From positions 1 through 64,000 of the forward strand of contig CAWDSQ010000020.1 in the NCBI GenBank assembly GCA_963804955.1: a DNA stretch of 64,000 nucleotides, given 5' to 3'. The DNA comes from an uncultured delta proteobacterium. Lineage in GTDB: Bacteria; Desulfobacterota; WTBG01; CAIYCZ01; CAIRTM01. Positions 19,282-31,110 of the stretch are shown here, one piece after another. The notes under the pieces are model-generated. The model had not been told where the DNA came from. It did not search any database and saw only the letters and a list, made by a program, of their open reading frames with translations. The position numbers and the translations under genes were made by a program. The number at the start of each line of letters is the position of its first letter. The first letter of the stretch is position 1.

Positions 19282-21781
19282 TTATCCAATTCCGGCCAGT
19301 TCAAACCGCCCGCGCCAGCGCTCAAGCAGCACCTGTCTGAGCATTTTATGTGCTCGGGTTTTTTCAGCTCAGGGTCGGCCTCGATGAGTGAAAATGCCGC
19401 TTCGCGGGCCTCGGTGAGGATTTTAATGTCACGTGCCAATATGGGCTACGCGAAAGTCGGGGATGCCTGACTGGCGGGTGCCGAGAAATTCGCCGGGACC
19501 GCGGATATTAAAATCTTCCTCGGCTATTTTAAAGCCGTCATTGGTCTTTACCATAACCTCAAGGCGCTGGCGGGCATCATCGGACTTGCTGTACTGGGCA
19601 AGAAGGATGCACATCGACTGAGTGGCGCCTCTGCCCACACGGCCCCTGAGCTGATGCAGCTGCGACAGGCCGAACCTTTCAGCATGTTCGATAATCATGA
19701 GAGAGGCATTGGGCACATCGATGCCGACCTCGATAACCGTTGTGGCAACCAGTATATTGATACCCCCTGATTTGAAATCCCGCATAATATCGTCTTTGTC
19801 CTTCTGCGACATTTTTCCATGTACCAGGCCCACCCGGTAGTCAGGGAATATATCCTGCTGGAGGTGCGAAGTCATGGTTGTCGCATCCTTGAGATCCATC
19901 TTATCCGACTCATCCACAAGCGGATAGACGATAAAGGCCTGGTTGCCTTTATCTAATGCCGTTCGCACGAGCCTGTAGACATCCTCCCGCTTATGTTCAT
20001 GAAACAGCCTCGTAACTATGGGTTTGCGGCCAGGCGGCAGTTCATCGATGATGGAAATATCAAGGTCGCCGTAGACGGTGAGCCCCAGCGTGCGCGGAAT
20101 GGGCGTTGCGGTCATGACGAGTATATCCGGCGATACCCCTTTCTTTTTGATAAGCGCCCGCTGCAGGACGCCGAAGCGGTGCTGCTCATCGATGACGGCC
20201 AGGCCGAGGCGGTGAAATTCAACCGCTTCCTGAATGAGAGCATGCGTCCCGATGGCAAGATGTGCGCTGCCGTCGCGCAGGGCGGCCAGGGCCTGGTCTC
20301 GGGCTGGCTTTGGCTGGCTGCTGGTCAGCAGAACTATGTTTATCGGGATTTTATCAGACAGGGCCTGAATCGTTTTAAAATGCTGCTCGGCAAGAATTTC
20401 TGTGGGGGCCATGAGAGCGCTTTGATAGCCGTTCCACACAGCCGCCATGGCGGCAATAAAGGCAACCACGGTTTTACCGCTGCCCACATCCCCCTGCACG
20501 AGGCGGTTCATGGGGCTGGGCTTTTTCATATCGTCAAGAATGCCTGTTAGAGCCTTTTGCTGGGCGCCGGTCAAACTGAAGGGCAGGGCGCTGATACTGC
20601 ATTCGAGCTTCTCCTGTGGAATCTCGAATGCAATGCCGGGTTCAAGCGCCATGCCGCGCTTGCGCAGGGCCAGCACAAGCTGGAGCATAAAAAATTCATC
20701 AAACACAATGCGACGGTGCCATGGCGTTGTGAAGTTCAATAAATCTTCAAACAGGTCGCTGTTTTCGGGATAATGAATGCGGGCAAAAGATTCTCCAAGC
20801 CCTGCAAGGCGGTACTGCGCCCTGAGCGAGTCAGGCAGATAATCGGGCAGGTCTGCGGGCATACTGTTCAACGGCCTGACGGGATATTTTATGAAGGACT
20901 TTCTGGCTGATACCCTCGGTAAGGGGGTAGACAGGTACTATGGAAAGATTTGCCGCAGGACTTTCCTCCTCCGCCAGAAGCTCAATTTCGGGGTGATGCA
21001 TCTCGATGCGGAACTTGAACTGTGTTGTCTGGCCGGCTACCAGTACGCTTTCCCCCTCGCAGTATTTTTTTTTGAGCATATGAGCATAAGGCATATTGAC
21101 ATTGAACCATTTTGCGCTGAGCACGCCGCTGCCGTCGGCAATGAGCAGGTCAAAAACACGGGTTCGCCCTGACAGATGACCAACGCGTGCGGTCAGTATC
21201 TTTCCGATGACCGTGGCATGCCGCCCCGGCGTAAGGTCGGAAATTTTTGAAATGCTGCGGCGGTCGATATAGGATCTCGGCACATGGTAGAGCACATCTT
21301 CAATGGTTCGGATATTTTTTCGCACAAGAGCTTCAGCTGTTTTTGGCCCCACACCTTTTATCTTTTCAACCGGTGTTGAAAGAAGCAGGATTGCGTCATG
21401 GATGGAGACGGCAGGTGTTTCTGACGGTTCGGCAGTTTCTGGGCCGGAAGCAGGAGGAATGGCTGGTTTCCCCAGGGCTGCATCCGGTGCTTGTAATTTT
21501 GAAAAGGCTGCAATGGTTGACAGGATCAGGTTTTTCTGCTGATCTTGCTGGAGAGTGTAGAAAGAGATAAACGCATTTTGCAGGGAAGTAAAAAAATTTT
21601 TAAGGACCGGTGTTTCTGCAAGCTCATACGCCCTGCCGGCAAGCTCGGGGATGAGCTCATTGAGCCCTTTGATCGTATGTAAATATGCGCAATCGTTTTT
21701 GGACGCAAAAAGCAGGGGCTTTTCAATTGCCTCCAGAATGCTTGCAAGGCTGCTGCCTGCTTGTGATGTCTGCGTAATCAT
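19282..21781 (-). CDS. recG: ATP-dependent DNA helicase RecG (frameshifts near 20860 and 19435)
   Basis: Wedge/OB domain, QGDVGSGKT, DEQHRFG, MTATPIPRT, QLHQLRGRVGRG, RGPGEFLGTRQSG; the C-terminus continues out of frame to TAA at 19282. Confidence 0.95.
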
Positions 21782-21944
21782 ACTGCAACAGTACAGCGCA
21801 CTGAGTCAGTCGTCAAGCTCCTGTTTATACGTATCACGATAAATAGGAATTAAATTAAAAATGGGCTTAACAATAGCTTTTACACTATATTGAAAAATGT
21901 TCTATACGGCTGAAAACTGCAATTAAAAGCAGTGAGGCTCTCGG

Positions 21945-22499
21945 CTAAGGAAGCTTAACGGCAAGAGCCTCAACATATTTCCATTTTTCAGGCGTCTGCT
22001 GCGGCAGACCGAAATGTTTGAGCCAGGTGAGGCGCCAGCGCGGGTCGCCGGTCAGCAGGGCAAGATCTGAGCAGACCCTGTCAACGCAGATCCCCATTGA
22101 CTCAAGGGAAATAGTCTTCAGTTTCGGTGAAGCGCACGGTTCGCTGTGCAGACAGTGCTGCGCAGTGCAGGCATTGCAGGGGCCCGAGCCGTAGCGCTCG
22201 ATGACAGTACCTTTCCCGAGCACGGCCTCAATATCGCGCGCCAGCCGGTGCAGCACGGCAAATTTCCAGCCGACCTTCCATCGCTCGGCCAGCAGTCTGG
22301 TCTGCAGCACGATAAAAAGATCAGCCGTATTAAGAATATCCTGCACTGTCTGAACAGGTGGTGACTGCGGCGGGCATCCCGGCAGCCATCCGTAGCCGGG
22401 GCAGCGGTCAAATCGCTTGTAGGTGCCGCCATCTACACCCTTGTAGACAGTCCAGTAGGGCATGCAGCACATGTTCTTGAAACGCTCATCAACTATCAC
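21945..22499 (-). CDS. DUF2284-like Cys-rich metal-binding protein (frame open upstream to ~22630; start uncertain)
   Basis: CPGYG..PGCPP, GPCNAC...C...PC, SLESMGICV. Confidence 0.6.
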   Translation of the reverse strand: MIVDERFKNMCCMPYWTVYKGVDGGTYKRFDRCPGYGWLPGCPPQSPPVQTVQDILNTADLFIVLQTRLLAERWKVGWKFAVLHRLARDIEAVLGKGTVIERYGSGPCNACTAQHCLHSEPCASPKLKTISLESMGICVDRVCSDLALLTGDPRWRLTWLKHFGLPQQTPEKWKYVEALAVKLP

Positions 22500-22745
22500 A
22501 AGCTCAGGAGGCAGTATGCCAACTCGTGCAAAAAGCCCGGCCCCTTCTATCCGGTATGACTTGATATGGGATGGAGTGAGGAGCTTTTGAAGCTCAGGTA
22601 TTTTAGAGATTTTGCTAGCTAATAATATTGAAAAAACTTACTTTTTTAGTAATGGAATATTTTTTTGCGAGGTTGTTGTCAGAGAGAATGCAGTCGATGA
22701 TATTGCGCACCGAATAATTAGCCGGCAGTGTGCGCTGCACAGGTT

Positions 22746-23429
22746 TCATTGAAGCATGCCTTCTTCGCGGAAGCTCCGGTAGCCGTTGCGGCCGATGACG
22801 ATATGATCATGCACCTTTATATCAAATGTTGCAGCTGCAGAGACGATAGAGGAGGTGAGATTTCTGTCATGAACAGATGGTTCGGGATTGCCGCTCGGGT
22901 GATTGTGCACAAGAATCAAGGCAACGGCATTTTCACTGAGCGCATGCTCGATTATTTTGCGGGGATAGACGGCAGTCTGATCGACCGTTCCCTCCTGCAC
23001 GACTTCATCCTTGATGATTTCGTTTTTAGCATTGAGGTAGACCACGCGAAACTGTTCATCGCCAAGATGCGCCATGGCTGCTTTGCAGTATGCAACGAGA
23101 TCGCCGGGCGATGAGACGATATCTCGCTTTGTCAGGGTCTTGCGCAGGTAATACTGGCCGCACTCCCTGAAAAGCTTTATGAGCAGGGCAGCATGCTCGC
23201 CCATGCCTTTAACCTGAGTGAGCTGGTCAACCGGCGCCTCGATCACAGATTGAAATGAGCCGAAACGTTTAAGAAGGTCTTTTGCAAGGGGCTTTAAATC
23301 CTTTTGAGCAATGGCATAGGTGAGCAACAGCTCAAGCGCTTCGTAGTCGCGAAAGGGTTCAAGGCCCTGTGCGCGAAAACGCTCCTTGATACGTTTGCGG
23401 TGCTCTTTATAATGTGAGTGATGGTTCAT
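22746..23429 (-). CDS. radC: RadC/JAB-domain protein
   Basis: HRKRIKERF, ELLLTYAI, HNHPSGNPEPS..D, HDHIVIG. Confidence 0.94.
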   Translation of the reverse strand: MNHHSHYKEHRKRIKERFRAQGLEPFRDYEALELLLTYAIAQKDLKPLAKDLLKRFGSFQSVIEAPVDQLTQVKGMGEHAALLIKLFRECGQYYLRKTLTKRDIVSSPGDLVAYCKAAMAHLGDEQFRVVYLNAKNEIIKDEVVQEGTVDQTAVYPRKIIEHALSENAVALILVHNHPSGNPEPSVHDRNLTSSIVSAAATFDIKVHDHIVIGRNGYRSFREEGMLQ

Positions 23430-23453
23430 TCATACAGGAGCATTTTTACGTCT

Positions 23454-24537
23454 CTAATCACGCCTGCCGTACATATCATGCAGCATGCGCTTGATGAATG
23501 ACGGCTTCCTGCCGACGGACTGCAGGTCGCGGTTAATTTCAAGATCATGCTGAATATGGGATACCACATTGGACAATGCATAGTCCATGGCTGCTTTCAC
23601 TGCATTTTTAATCGCCAGCGCATTGGAGCGGCCGTGGCAGAGGATAACAGGTGCATTGACACCCAGCAGGGGCGCACCGCCGTATTCAGCATAATCAAAG
23701 CGCTGCCTGAGCCGGGCAAAAGATTTTTTTGAGAGCAGGGCGCCGATCATTGACAGGAAATCTTTTTTTGCCTCCTGTTTCAGTGCGGCCGCAAAGCTTT
23801 CGGCAACGCCTTCAGCAACCTTCAGGAGAACATTGCCGGTAAAACCATCGCAGACAACGACATCGGCAGAGCTTCGGAAGACATCGCGGCCTTCCACATA
23901 GCCGATATAATTCAGGGAGCTGTTTTTGAGCAGACTGTGTGCCTCCCGTATGATGTCGGTGCCTTTGGTATCCTCAGATCCATTGCTCAAAAGCCCGACC
24001 CGCGGTTTTGTACAGTTCAGGTACCTGCTGCTGTATACTGACGCCATGATCGCAAATTGAACCAGGTTAAATGGTTTCACGGCGCTGCCGGCGCCGGTGT
24101 CGGCAACAACCACCCGGCCTGCAAGAGTCGGGAGAACAGCTGCAATTGCAGGTCGTTCAATGCCGCTGATCCGTTTTAGAACAAACAAACTGCCTGAGGC
24201 AACAGCACCTGAATTGCCTGCGCTGACAAAAGCGTCACCTTTATTATCACGGAGAAGCTCCAGACCGACCCGGATTGAGGAATCCTTTTTTTTGCGAACG
24301 ACATCAAGGGGATTATCTCCCATGTCAATGATTTGTGATGTGTGATGCAGCGTGAATGGGAAGACCGGAGGCAGCATTCAAACTCCGCAGATGCGGTGTA
24401 ATACCTTCTTTGCTGCCTACGAGAATTATTTCAACGGGAAACTCTTTGCAGGCCATGACCGCGCCCTCTACAGCAGAATGGGGCGCAAAGTCTCCGCCCA
24501 TGGCGTCAAGAATTATTCTGGTCTTATGCTTTTCCAT
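23454..24537 (-). CDS. plsX: Phosphate acyltransferase PlsX (frameshift near 24350)
   Basis: LDAMGGDFAP, KKDSS, SAGNSGA, RPAIA, VVCDGFTGN, GGAPLLG, HGRS. Confidence 0.93.
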
Positions 24538-24723
24538 GATATGTCCTTACTGCAGAAGATGCATTCTGTCTGCCTGTCAATGGTCTATATGGCAGCTCAA
24601 TCAAGGTGTCGTATCTATATTTTTTGCAGCATGTAAGCCTGTCAATTTTTATTACAACGATACCGTGTTCGTACTTCAACCAGCCTGCGTAAAACTGCTG
24701 TATATACGTATCGGAGCACTTCA

Positions 24724-25566
24724 TTACTTGTTTTTGAGCCGCGGATTGAGCGCATCCTGCAGCCCCTCACCAAGCAGATTATACCCGAGCACGGTTAGAA
24801 GGATTGCACCGCCGGGAAACACGGAGAGCCACCATGCTGTCTCGATATTATCCTTGCCGGAGGTGAGAATATTGCCCCAGCTCGGGGTCGGCGGCTGCAC
24901 GCCCAGGCCCAGGAAGCTGAGTGAGCTTTCGATCAGCACTGCTGCCGCTACGCCGAGTATGGCTGAAACAAAAACGGGCGCCATGGCATTGGGCAAAATT
25001 TGATAGAAAATGATTCTCAGGTCGCCTGCACCCGATGCCCGTGCTGCAAGAACGAATTCACGCTCTTTGAGGGAGAGAAACTCCGCACGCACCAGACGCG
25101 CTACACCCATCCATGAGGTGATGCCGATGATGGCCATGATATTCCAGATGCTCTGCCCCACAAAGGCAATGACGGCTAATATGAGAAAAAAACTGGGAAT
25201 GCAGAGCATGATATCGACGAACCGCATGATGCAGCTGTCGAACCAGCGGCCATAATAGCCGGAAAGGGCGCCCAGAATGATGCCTATGAGCGTCGAGATG
25301 CCGACGGCGACAAATCCGACGGCAAGAGAGATGCGGGCGCCCCAGATCATGCGGCTTAAAACATCACGCCCCAGCTCATCCGTGCCAAGCCAATGTGATC
25401 CGCTCGGCGGGGCAAGGATGGCCTGAACATTTATCGCCTTGAAATTGTAGGGCGCAACAAGCGGTGCAAAAATCGCAACCAGGAACAGCGTTCCCACAAT
25501 GATCAATCCAGCAAGTGCGAGAGGATTTCTCAGGAGTTCTTTGAATGTGTCGGTTCTTTTATGCAT
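24724..25566 (-). CDS. oppC: Peptide ABC transporter permease (OppC/DppC-type)
   Basis: LGTDELGRDVLSR, EFVLAARASGA, SFLGLG..PPTPSWG. Confidence 0.92.
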   Translation of the reverse strand: MHKRTDTFKELLRNPLALAGLIIVGTLFLVAIFAPLVAPYNFKAINVQAILAPPSGSHWLGTDELGRDVLSRMIWGARISLAVGFVAVGISTLIGIILGALSGYYGRWFDSCIMRFVDIMLCIPSFFLILAVIAFVGQSIWNIMAIIGITSWMGVARLVRAEFLSLKEREFVLAARASGAGDLRIIFYQILPNAMAPVFVSAILGVAAAVLIESSLSFLGLGVQPPTPSWGNILTSGKDNIETAWWLSVFPGGAILLTVLGYNLLGEGLQDALNPRLKNK

Positions 25567-25614
25567 AGGTGCGTGCTGTGCGTGTGTATCCTTTTACCTG
25601 AAAGCCTTCATGCG

Positions 25615-26613
25615 TCATTTTACCCGTATCCTCGGATCAATTAAAGCATAACATATATCAGCAACCAGATTGCCGATGAGCGTAAGAAAAGCTGTTACTG
25701 TCAGAAGCCCCATGATAACCGGGTAATCCCTTGCCATGATTGCCTGGTATGAAAGCTGCCCCATGCCGGGGATTCCGAATATAGTCTCAAAAATTACCGA
25801 CCCGCCGACAAGGCCAGGGATCGACATGCCGAGTATTGTAACCAGCGGCAGCAGTGCGTTGCGAAGCGCATGTTTGTAGATTACCGTTGTCTCTGAAAGT
25901 CCTTTAGCGCGTGCTGTTGTAATATAGTCAGCGCGGATGGCTTCAAGCATGCTTGAGCGCATGTAGCGGGACATGCCCGCTATGCCTCCGAAGGCCGAGA
26001 CAAACAGTGGCAGGATAAGATGCAGTGCTTTATCGAGCACCTGCCCCCACATGCTGAGGCTTGCATAGTTGAGAGATTTAAGACCCGAAATAGGAAGCCA
26101 TCCGAGCTTCACGCTGAAGAGCATCATCATAAGAAGCGACAGCCAGAACGTGGGAGTTGCAAAACCGATAAATACGAGCACGGTCGTAATTCTGTCGCCA
26201 ACAGAGTAGGGCCGCGTTGCCGAGTAGACACCAACGGGGATTGCTATTGCTATTATGAGCAGCAAAGAGAGAATATTAATAGTCAGCGTAATAGAAAGTC
26301 TGCGGTCTGCAACGGGAACTTTTTTGTCCCATATTTTGTCGATGACTGGCCGCGAGTCGGTTGAGAAGGAGTTTCCGAAATCAAGCAGCGCGATGCGCTT
26401 GAGCCACAGGCCATACTGAACCAGTACCGGCTTGTCAAGTCCGTAGTATTTGACCAGCCGTTCACGCGCCTCGGGCGTAATCTTCGGGTTGAGCTCGGTC
26501 ATCACATCTGTCGGCTTGCCGGGGGCAAGATGAATGATCAGAAACGAGATGAGCGTAACCCCAATCACCACGGGTATCATGGAAAGCAGACGTTTTGCTA
26601 AATAAACAATCAT
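25615..26613 (-). CDS. oppB: Peptide ABC transporter permease (OppB/DppB-type)
   Basis: [36 protein letters not shown]. Confidence 0.92.
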   Translation of the reverse strand: MIVYLAKRLLSMIPVVIGVTLISFLIIHLAPGKPTDVMTELNPKITPEARERLVKYYGLDKPVLVQYGLWLKRIALLDFGNSFSTDSRPVIDKIWDKKVPVADRRLSITLTINILSLLLIIAIAIPVGVYSATRPYSVGDRITTVLVFIGFATPTFWLSLLMMMLFSVKLGWLPISGLKSLNYASLSMWGQVLDKALHLILPLFVSAFGGIAGMSRYMRSSMLEAIRADYITTARAKGLSETTVIYKHALRNALLPLVTILGMSIPGLVGGSVIFETIFGIPGMGQLSYQAIMARDYPVIMGLLTVTAFLTLIGNLVADICYALIDPRIRVK

Positions 26614-26619
26614 GGCTCG

Positions 26620-28230
26620 TCAGGGTATAAGGCTGTTTTTTTGCAGTTTTTTCGGCACATACCATGTGTTGATATTGTAGCTGATCCCGATAGGCGATGG
26701 TTTAATATTTTGAAACCGGGAGCTGACAATCGGCAGTGAATACGGTACATACAGAAAGACATACGGCGCATCTTCTGCCAGAACTTCCTGCATGCGGCCG
26801 TAAATTTTTTTGCGCTCGCCTATATCGAAGGTGCGGCGGCCCTGTTCAAGCAGAGCGTCGACTTCAGGGTTCTGATAGGAGATGAAATTGAGCTCTTTTT
26901 CATGGGTCTTGCTGCTGTGCCAGATATCATACTGATCCGGGTCCAGCCCGATGCTCCATCCGAGAATAATAGCTTCAAAACGCTTTTTATCAATGAATTC
27001 ATTGATGAGGGTCGACCATTCAAGCACGCGAATGTTCATCCTGATTCCGATCTGTTCAAGCCGCCACTGGATAATAGCAGCGCTGTTGAGGCGAACGGGA
27101 TTGCCCATGCCGACAAGCACGGTAAACTCAAAAGGCATGCCGTCGCGGTCGAGCAGTCCGTCACCATCGCTGTCGCGCCAGCCTGCCTCGGCAAGCATCC
27201 GCTTAGCCTCATCGGGGTTGAAATCATATTTTTTAACATGAGGGTTGTAGGGCCAGGTGTTGGGTACATAGGGGCCGGTTGCCGGCTCTCCAAGGCCAAG
27301 CAGCACACCGTCGATAATTTCTTTTTTATTGATTGCATAGGCAATGGCCTGCCGAACCCGCTTTTCGCGGAACCAGGGATGCTGAAAATTGAATGCAAGG
27401 TAGACATAGGTAAAAAGCGGATACTTGAACTTCTGGAAATTTTTTTTGAAATATGCCGTGTCGGTCTGTCGCGTGTACTGCAACGGCGTGAGGCTCATGA
27501 GATCAATAGAGCCGGACTGCAGTTCGAGAAAAAGAGTTGCGGCATCAGGAATGAAACGGTAGATATAGGAATCCAGATACGGCCGGCCATCAAAGTAGCT
27601 CTTGTTTGCCTCCAGCACAATTTTTTCACCGGAGACCCACTCCTTGAATATGAATGGCCCCAGCCCGACAGGTTTGCGCGTGAGTTCGTTTTTGGTGATG
27701 TCTTTGCCTGCCAGCAGATGACGGGGCAGCACGGTCATATTGCCCCAGCTTGAGAGGGCAGGAGCAAACGGCTTTTCATACGTGACGCGAAAAGTATAGG
27801 TGTCAAGCAGTTCAAATTTAACAACCTGCCTGAAATCTTCGGCATAGGCTGTCGGTGTTTCTGGATTTGTTATAGTCTTGAAGCCGAATTCGACATCCGC
27901 TGCTGTAAAGGGCGCGCCGTCCTCCCACTGAACGTCATGGCGAAGATGGAATGTTATGATCAGGCCATCAGGCGATACCTCCCAGGATTTTGCAAGATCG
28001 CCGATAACTGTCAAATCAGTGTCGTACTTGACCAGGCCGTTGTAGCACAGGCCGCTCACATCATGCGAGGCGCTGTCGCTGGCAAGCATGGGTATCAAAA
28101 CACTCGGCTCGCCGATTGTGCCGACGACAAGACGGTCGCCATAGGATGCGGAGGAATTATTATCCTGCGCATGCAGGGTGCATGTTTCAAAAATAAATAG
28201 GAAAATGCAGATTGTTTTTTTCATGTTCAT
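26620..28230 (-). CDS. Peptide ABC transporter substrate-binding protein (family 5)
   Basis: GDLAKSWEVSPDG..ITFHLR, FTAADV, VRQAIAYAIN. Confidence 0.92.
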   Translation of the reverse strand: MNMKKTICIFLFIFETCTLHAQDNNSSASYGDRLVVGTIGEPSVLIPMLASDSASHDVSGLCYNGLVKYDTDLTVIGDLAKSWEVSPDGLIITFHLRHDVQWEDGAPFTAADVEFGFKTITNPETPTAYAEDFRQVVKFELLDTYTFRVTYEKPFAPALSSWGNMTVLPRHLLAGKDITKNELTRKPVGLGPFIFKEWVSGEKIVLEANKSYFDGRPYLDSYIYRFIPDAATLFLELQSGSIDLMSLTPLQYTRQTDTAYFKKNFQKFKYPLFTYVYLAFNFQHPWFREKRVRQAIAYAINKKEIIDGVLLGLGEPATGPYVPNTWPYNPHVKKYDFNPDEAKRMLAEAGWRDSDGDGLLDRDGMPFEFTVLVGMGNPVRLNSAAIIQWRLEQIGIRMNIRVLEWSTLINEFIDKKRFEAIILGWSIGLDPDQYDIWHSSKTHEKELNFISYQNPEVDALLEQGRRTFDIGERKKIYGRMQEVLAEDAPYVFLYVPYSLPIVSSRFQNIKPSPIGISYNINTWYVPKKLQKNSLIP

Positions 28231-28292
28231 AAAAAAAAACCCTGCTTTATTGCAAAACAGGGTACATAGTATCATAGCGGGCTGAACTTGTA

Positions 28293-28859
28293 TTAAAAAA
28301 TGTCGGCTGAAAAGACAAAAATTTTTGTATTTTTATCTTTCCATGCAGCCGCGGGAAGCCCGGCCTTCAGGCAGGTATGTCCAAGAAATTCGTCCCGGCT
28401 CCAGCCGTATTCGGTTGCAACCTGCGGCAGAAGGAGGCCGGAATAGTTTCCCTGAATGAGCAGAAGACCGTGCTTGCCAATTTCAATTTCGCTGATATCG
28501 GTTATTTCGCGCATGGGTGTCAGCACGGATAGTTCTATTTCAAGCTCTCCGAGCTCATCTGCCTGCAGCGGCGGGAAACGGGGATCCTGAAAGGCTGCGG
28601 CAACGGCCATATCCTGAATCGTTTCATACAGCGGTTTTACCGCATGGACATAACCGATGCATCCCCTGAGTTGCCCCTTACTGTGCAGCGACACAAAGGC
28701 GCCGCGTTTTTCCTGAAGCGTCTGCGTTGGTGCTTCGAAGGCAGGCTGCGATGTTCCGGTGGTTCTGGATTCAATAACGCTGCGGGCAATGCGATGCAGG
28801 TATTTTTTTTCCTGATCGGTCAGGCCGAGATCGACTCCGACTTGCGTATGGTGTTTCAT
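28293..28859 (-). CDS. amrA: AmmeMemoRadiSam system protein A (AMMECR1 domain)
   Basis: GAFVSL...LRGCIG, AAFQDPRF, LLLPQVA, CLKAGL. Confidence 0.92.
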   Translation of the reverse strand: MKHHTQVGVDLGLTDQEKKYLHRIARSVIESRTTGTSQPAFEAPTQTLQEKRGAFVSLHSKGQLRGCIGYVHAVKPLYETIQDMAVAAAFQDPRFPPLQADELGELEIELSVLTPMREITDISEIEIGKHGLLLIQGNYSGLLLPQVATEYGWSRDEFLGHTCLKAGLPAAAWKDKNTKIFVFSADIF

Positions 28860-28900
28860 GGTTTCCCCCCATGCTGTTTCGATTCAGGGTGGCGCCGTGG

Positions 28901-29855
28901 TCAGTTTGTTGCAGTCAGGTCATCACTGGGTGCAAAGGCGACCTCTGTGCGATTGAGAATGTAGTCGTAGGGGTTGACATCCTTGCCGTTGACAGTGACG
29001 ATATAATGAAGATGATAGCCTGTCGACAATCCGGTAGAACCCATATAGCCGACAGTCTGTCCCCTGGTCACTTTTTGTCCTTCTTTGACCGCCATTTTCA
29101 TCATATGGCCATAGGCGGTTTTGTAGCGGCCTTCATGTCGAATGGTGACGATATTGCCAAAATATTTGTCGAAAACAGCACTTTCAACCGTGCCGTCGGC
29201 TGTAGCGATGATAGGAGAACCCCTTTTTCCGGAAATATCCAGCCCGTTATGGAGTTCACGCATGCCGGTAAAAGGGCTTCTGCGCCAGCCGAAGTTTGAT
29301 GTGATCCAGAGATCGGAATTTTTAACCGGCATTATGCTGGGCAGGTAATTGAGCTTTTTATTTTTTTTGGCAATATAACCGGTCAAGTCATGCATGTTTT
29401 CTCGAAGATCGCTGACACGCACATGAAGTGGTTTTTCCGGCTCATACTCGGCAATCTCTGTTTGCAGAACGAATTTTTCCGGTTTAATATTCTTCGTTAT
29501 TGTCGATCCGCCCTGACCCATTCGCTCTGCCGGGTCAGCAGTGCTGCCGCTGTCTTCAAAACCCACAAAGCTTCGCAATATACTCTCTTCCCGGCGCATG
29601 TTATCGACTCGTTTTTCAATAGAGGCGCAGATGTGACAGTGATGTTTCAAGAAGACGGGTTTTTTTATGCAGAATTATATTTTTGGTTATCGTATCGCTG
29701 CCGTTGATGCCGAATATGACCAGCAAACCAAAGGCTATTGCCAGATAGCAAAAAATACGGGTGGGTATTTCTATCGTGGTGGTCGTGCGGACTGACTTGC
29801 CCGAGGTTCTCCAGTCCGGCTGTATGATTATAGTAAGGTGGTCTTTCTTTTTCAT
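28901..29855 (-). CDS. M23 family metallopeptidase (frameshift near 29650)
   Basis: ITSNFGWRRSPF, HNGLD, YGHM, STGYHLHY; the N-terminal TM is in ORF 29616-29855. Confidence 0.88.
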
Positions 29856-30400
29856 GCTTGTAGAAAAAATTCAATTTATTATCAGTGCTATAAAATACCA
29901 GTAGTTAAATTGTAAAGCAATCAATTTTTATTGCAGTAGCCAAGCACGAAATCAGAAATTAATAAAGAAAATCAACTGGATTTCCATGCTTGCATCGAGT
30001 GAAGTGGTGCTGCGTCCCGCTCATCTCAAACAGCAGTGCAATCCGTGAAAGCGGTATGCGGGAGCAGTATCGCTTACGGATGTACGTTTATATGAACAGG
30101 GAAGATTTTTGACCTGATTTCTCCCAAAATGCGCATGCCCATAAGTGAAAAGGCGAAAGGACGCGTCCAGTACAATGGACGAATGCGGCATCGGCGCTCA
30201 GGACGGTGTTTGTACCCGTCATGTACCCCTGGACACGATCGATACTCCCGCCGGGAAAGCTGTAGATGGTTCACATACACATCCGGACGGCCTTGAGCGT
30301 CAAACGGACTATTGCCTTGACACGGCCACGTTTCACTTTTATAGTTACAGGCATTGACAGTCAACCCTTGTTTTCATTCATGCAGCAGAGGATTACGCCC

Positions 30401-30856
30401 ATGAAAGCCTATCAGCTGAGAATACCCGCAGACAACAAGCCGGGAATGCTTGCCCGTGTAACCGCAGTGCTTGCCCATGAAAAAATCAGCATTCGGGCAA
30501 CCACCATTTCATCATTTGGCGAACGGGGTTTTTTTAATCTTATTGTGGATGATCCGGAGCGCGCCAAAAAAGCGCTTACCCGTGAAGGGATTGATGCAGA
30601 GCTCAGGGAAGTTGTGGCGATACTTATTGCCGATCAGCCCGGCGGGCTTGATAAGCTTGTTCAGTATCTGGCCACCGAGAAGATCAATATTGAAAACGCT
30701 TACGGTTTTGTCATTGAGAGCCGGGTGCAGGCGGTGTTTGTGCTTGAGGTATCCGATACGGCCCGCGTACAGGAGCTGCTGAAAAAAGCCAGGTTTGATA
30801 TTCTTTCTTCTCAGGCCCTGGCTGATATCGAGCCGTTTCATTACATGAAATACTAA
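30401..30856 (+). CDS. Tandem ACT-domain protein
   Basis: DNKPGMLARV and DQPGGLDKL...INIENAY; GAGGA RBS before ATG 30401. Confidence 0.88.
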   Translation: MKAYQLRIPADNKPGMLARVTAVLAHEKISIRATTISSFGERGFFNLIVDDPERAKKALTREGIDAELREVVAILIADQPGGLDKLVQYLATEKINIENAYGFVIESRVQAVFVLEVSDTARVQELLKKARFDILSSQALADIEPFHYMKY

Positions 30857-30893
30857 GCCGCGCTTGGCAGTATAATCTTATCTCCGCACCATA

Positions 30894-30929
30894 CAGCCTT
30901 CCTTTTTCAGGGGAGGCTGTTTTTTTTTC
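30894..30929 (+). terminator. Intrinsic terminator
   Basis: CAGCCTTCC...GGGAGGCTG followed by a T-run. Confidence 0.65.
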
Positions 30930-31110
30930 AGCAAGGCCTTCGCTGATAAGAGTGTGACGAAATTCCTGCGGGCTTTTTACCAATGACTCCGGGACATACC
31001 AAAACGCCAATCACGCATCAGTCGAAGATCTCATCCTTCGTTCGATATGCCGCTGCGTACTCACGGTTTTCGATTAAAAGAAAAGCACGGTAAGGACATG
31101 GCAGGACGTT

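Noticed and set aside
22746..23429. radC as a marker of a mobile element
   Set aside because: It is the full-length chromosomal type in a housekeeping run (plsX-radC), with no mobility genes nearby.
29990..30370. Possible ncRNA or small gene between the M23 and ACT genes
   Set aside because: I could not recognise an RNA family, RBS-supported ORF or motif; it would need an Infernal/Rfam scan.
30930..31110. IS-end or MITE remnant between the ACT gene and dctM
   Set aside because: No convincing pair of terminal inverted repeats or target duplication.
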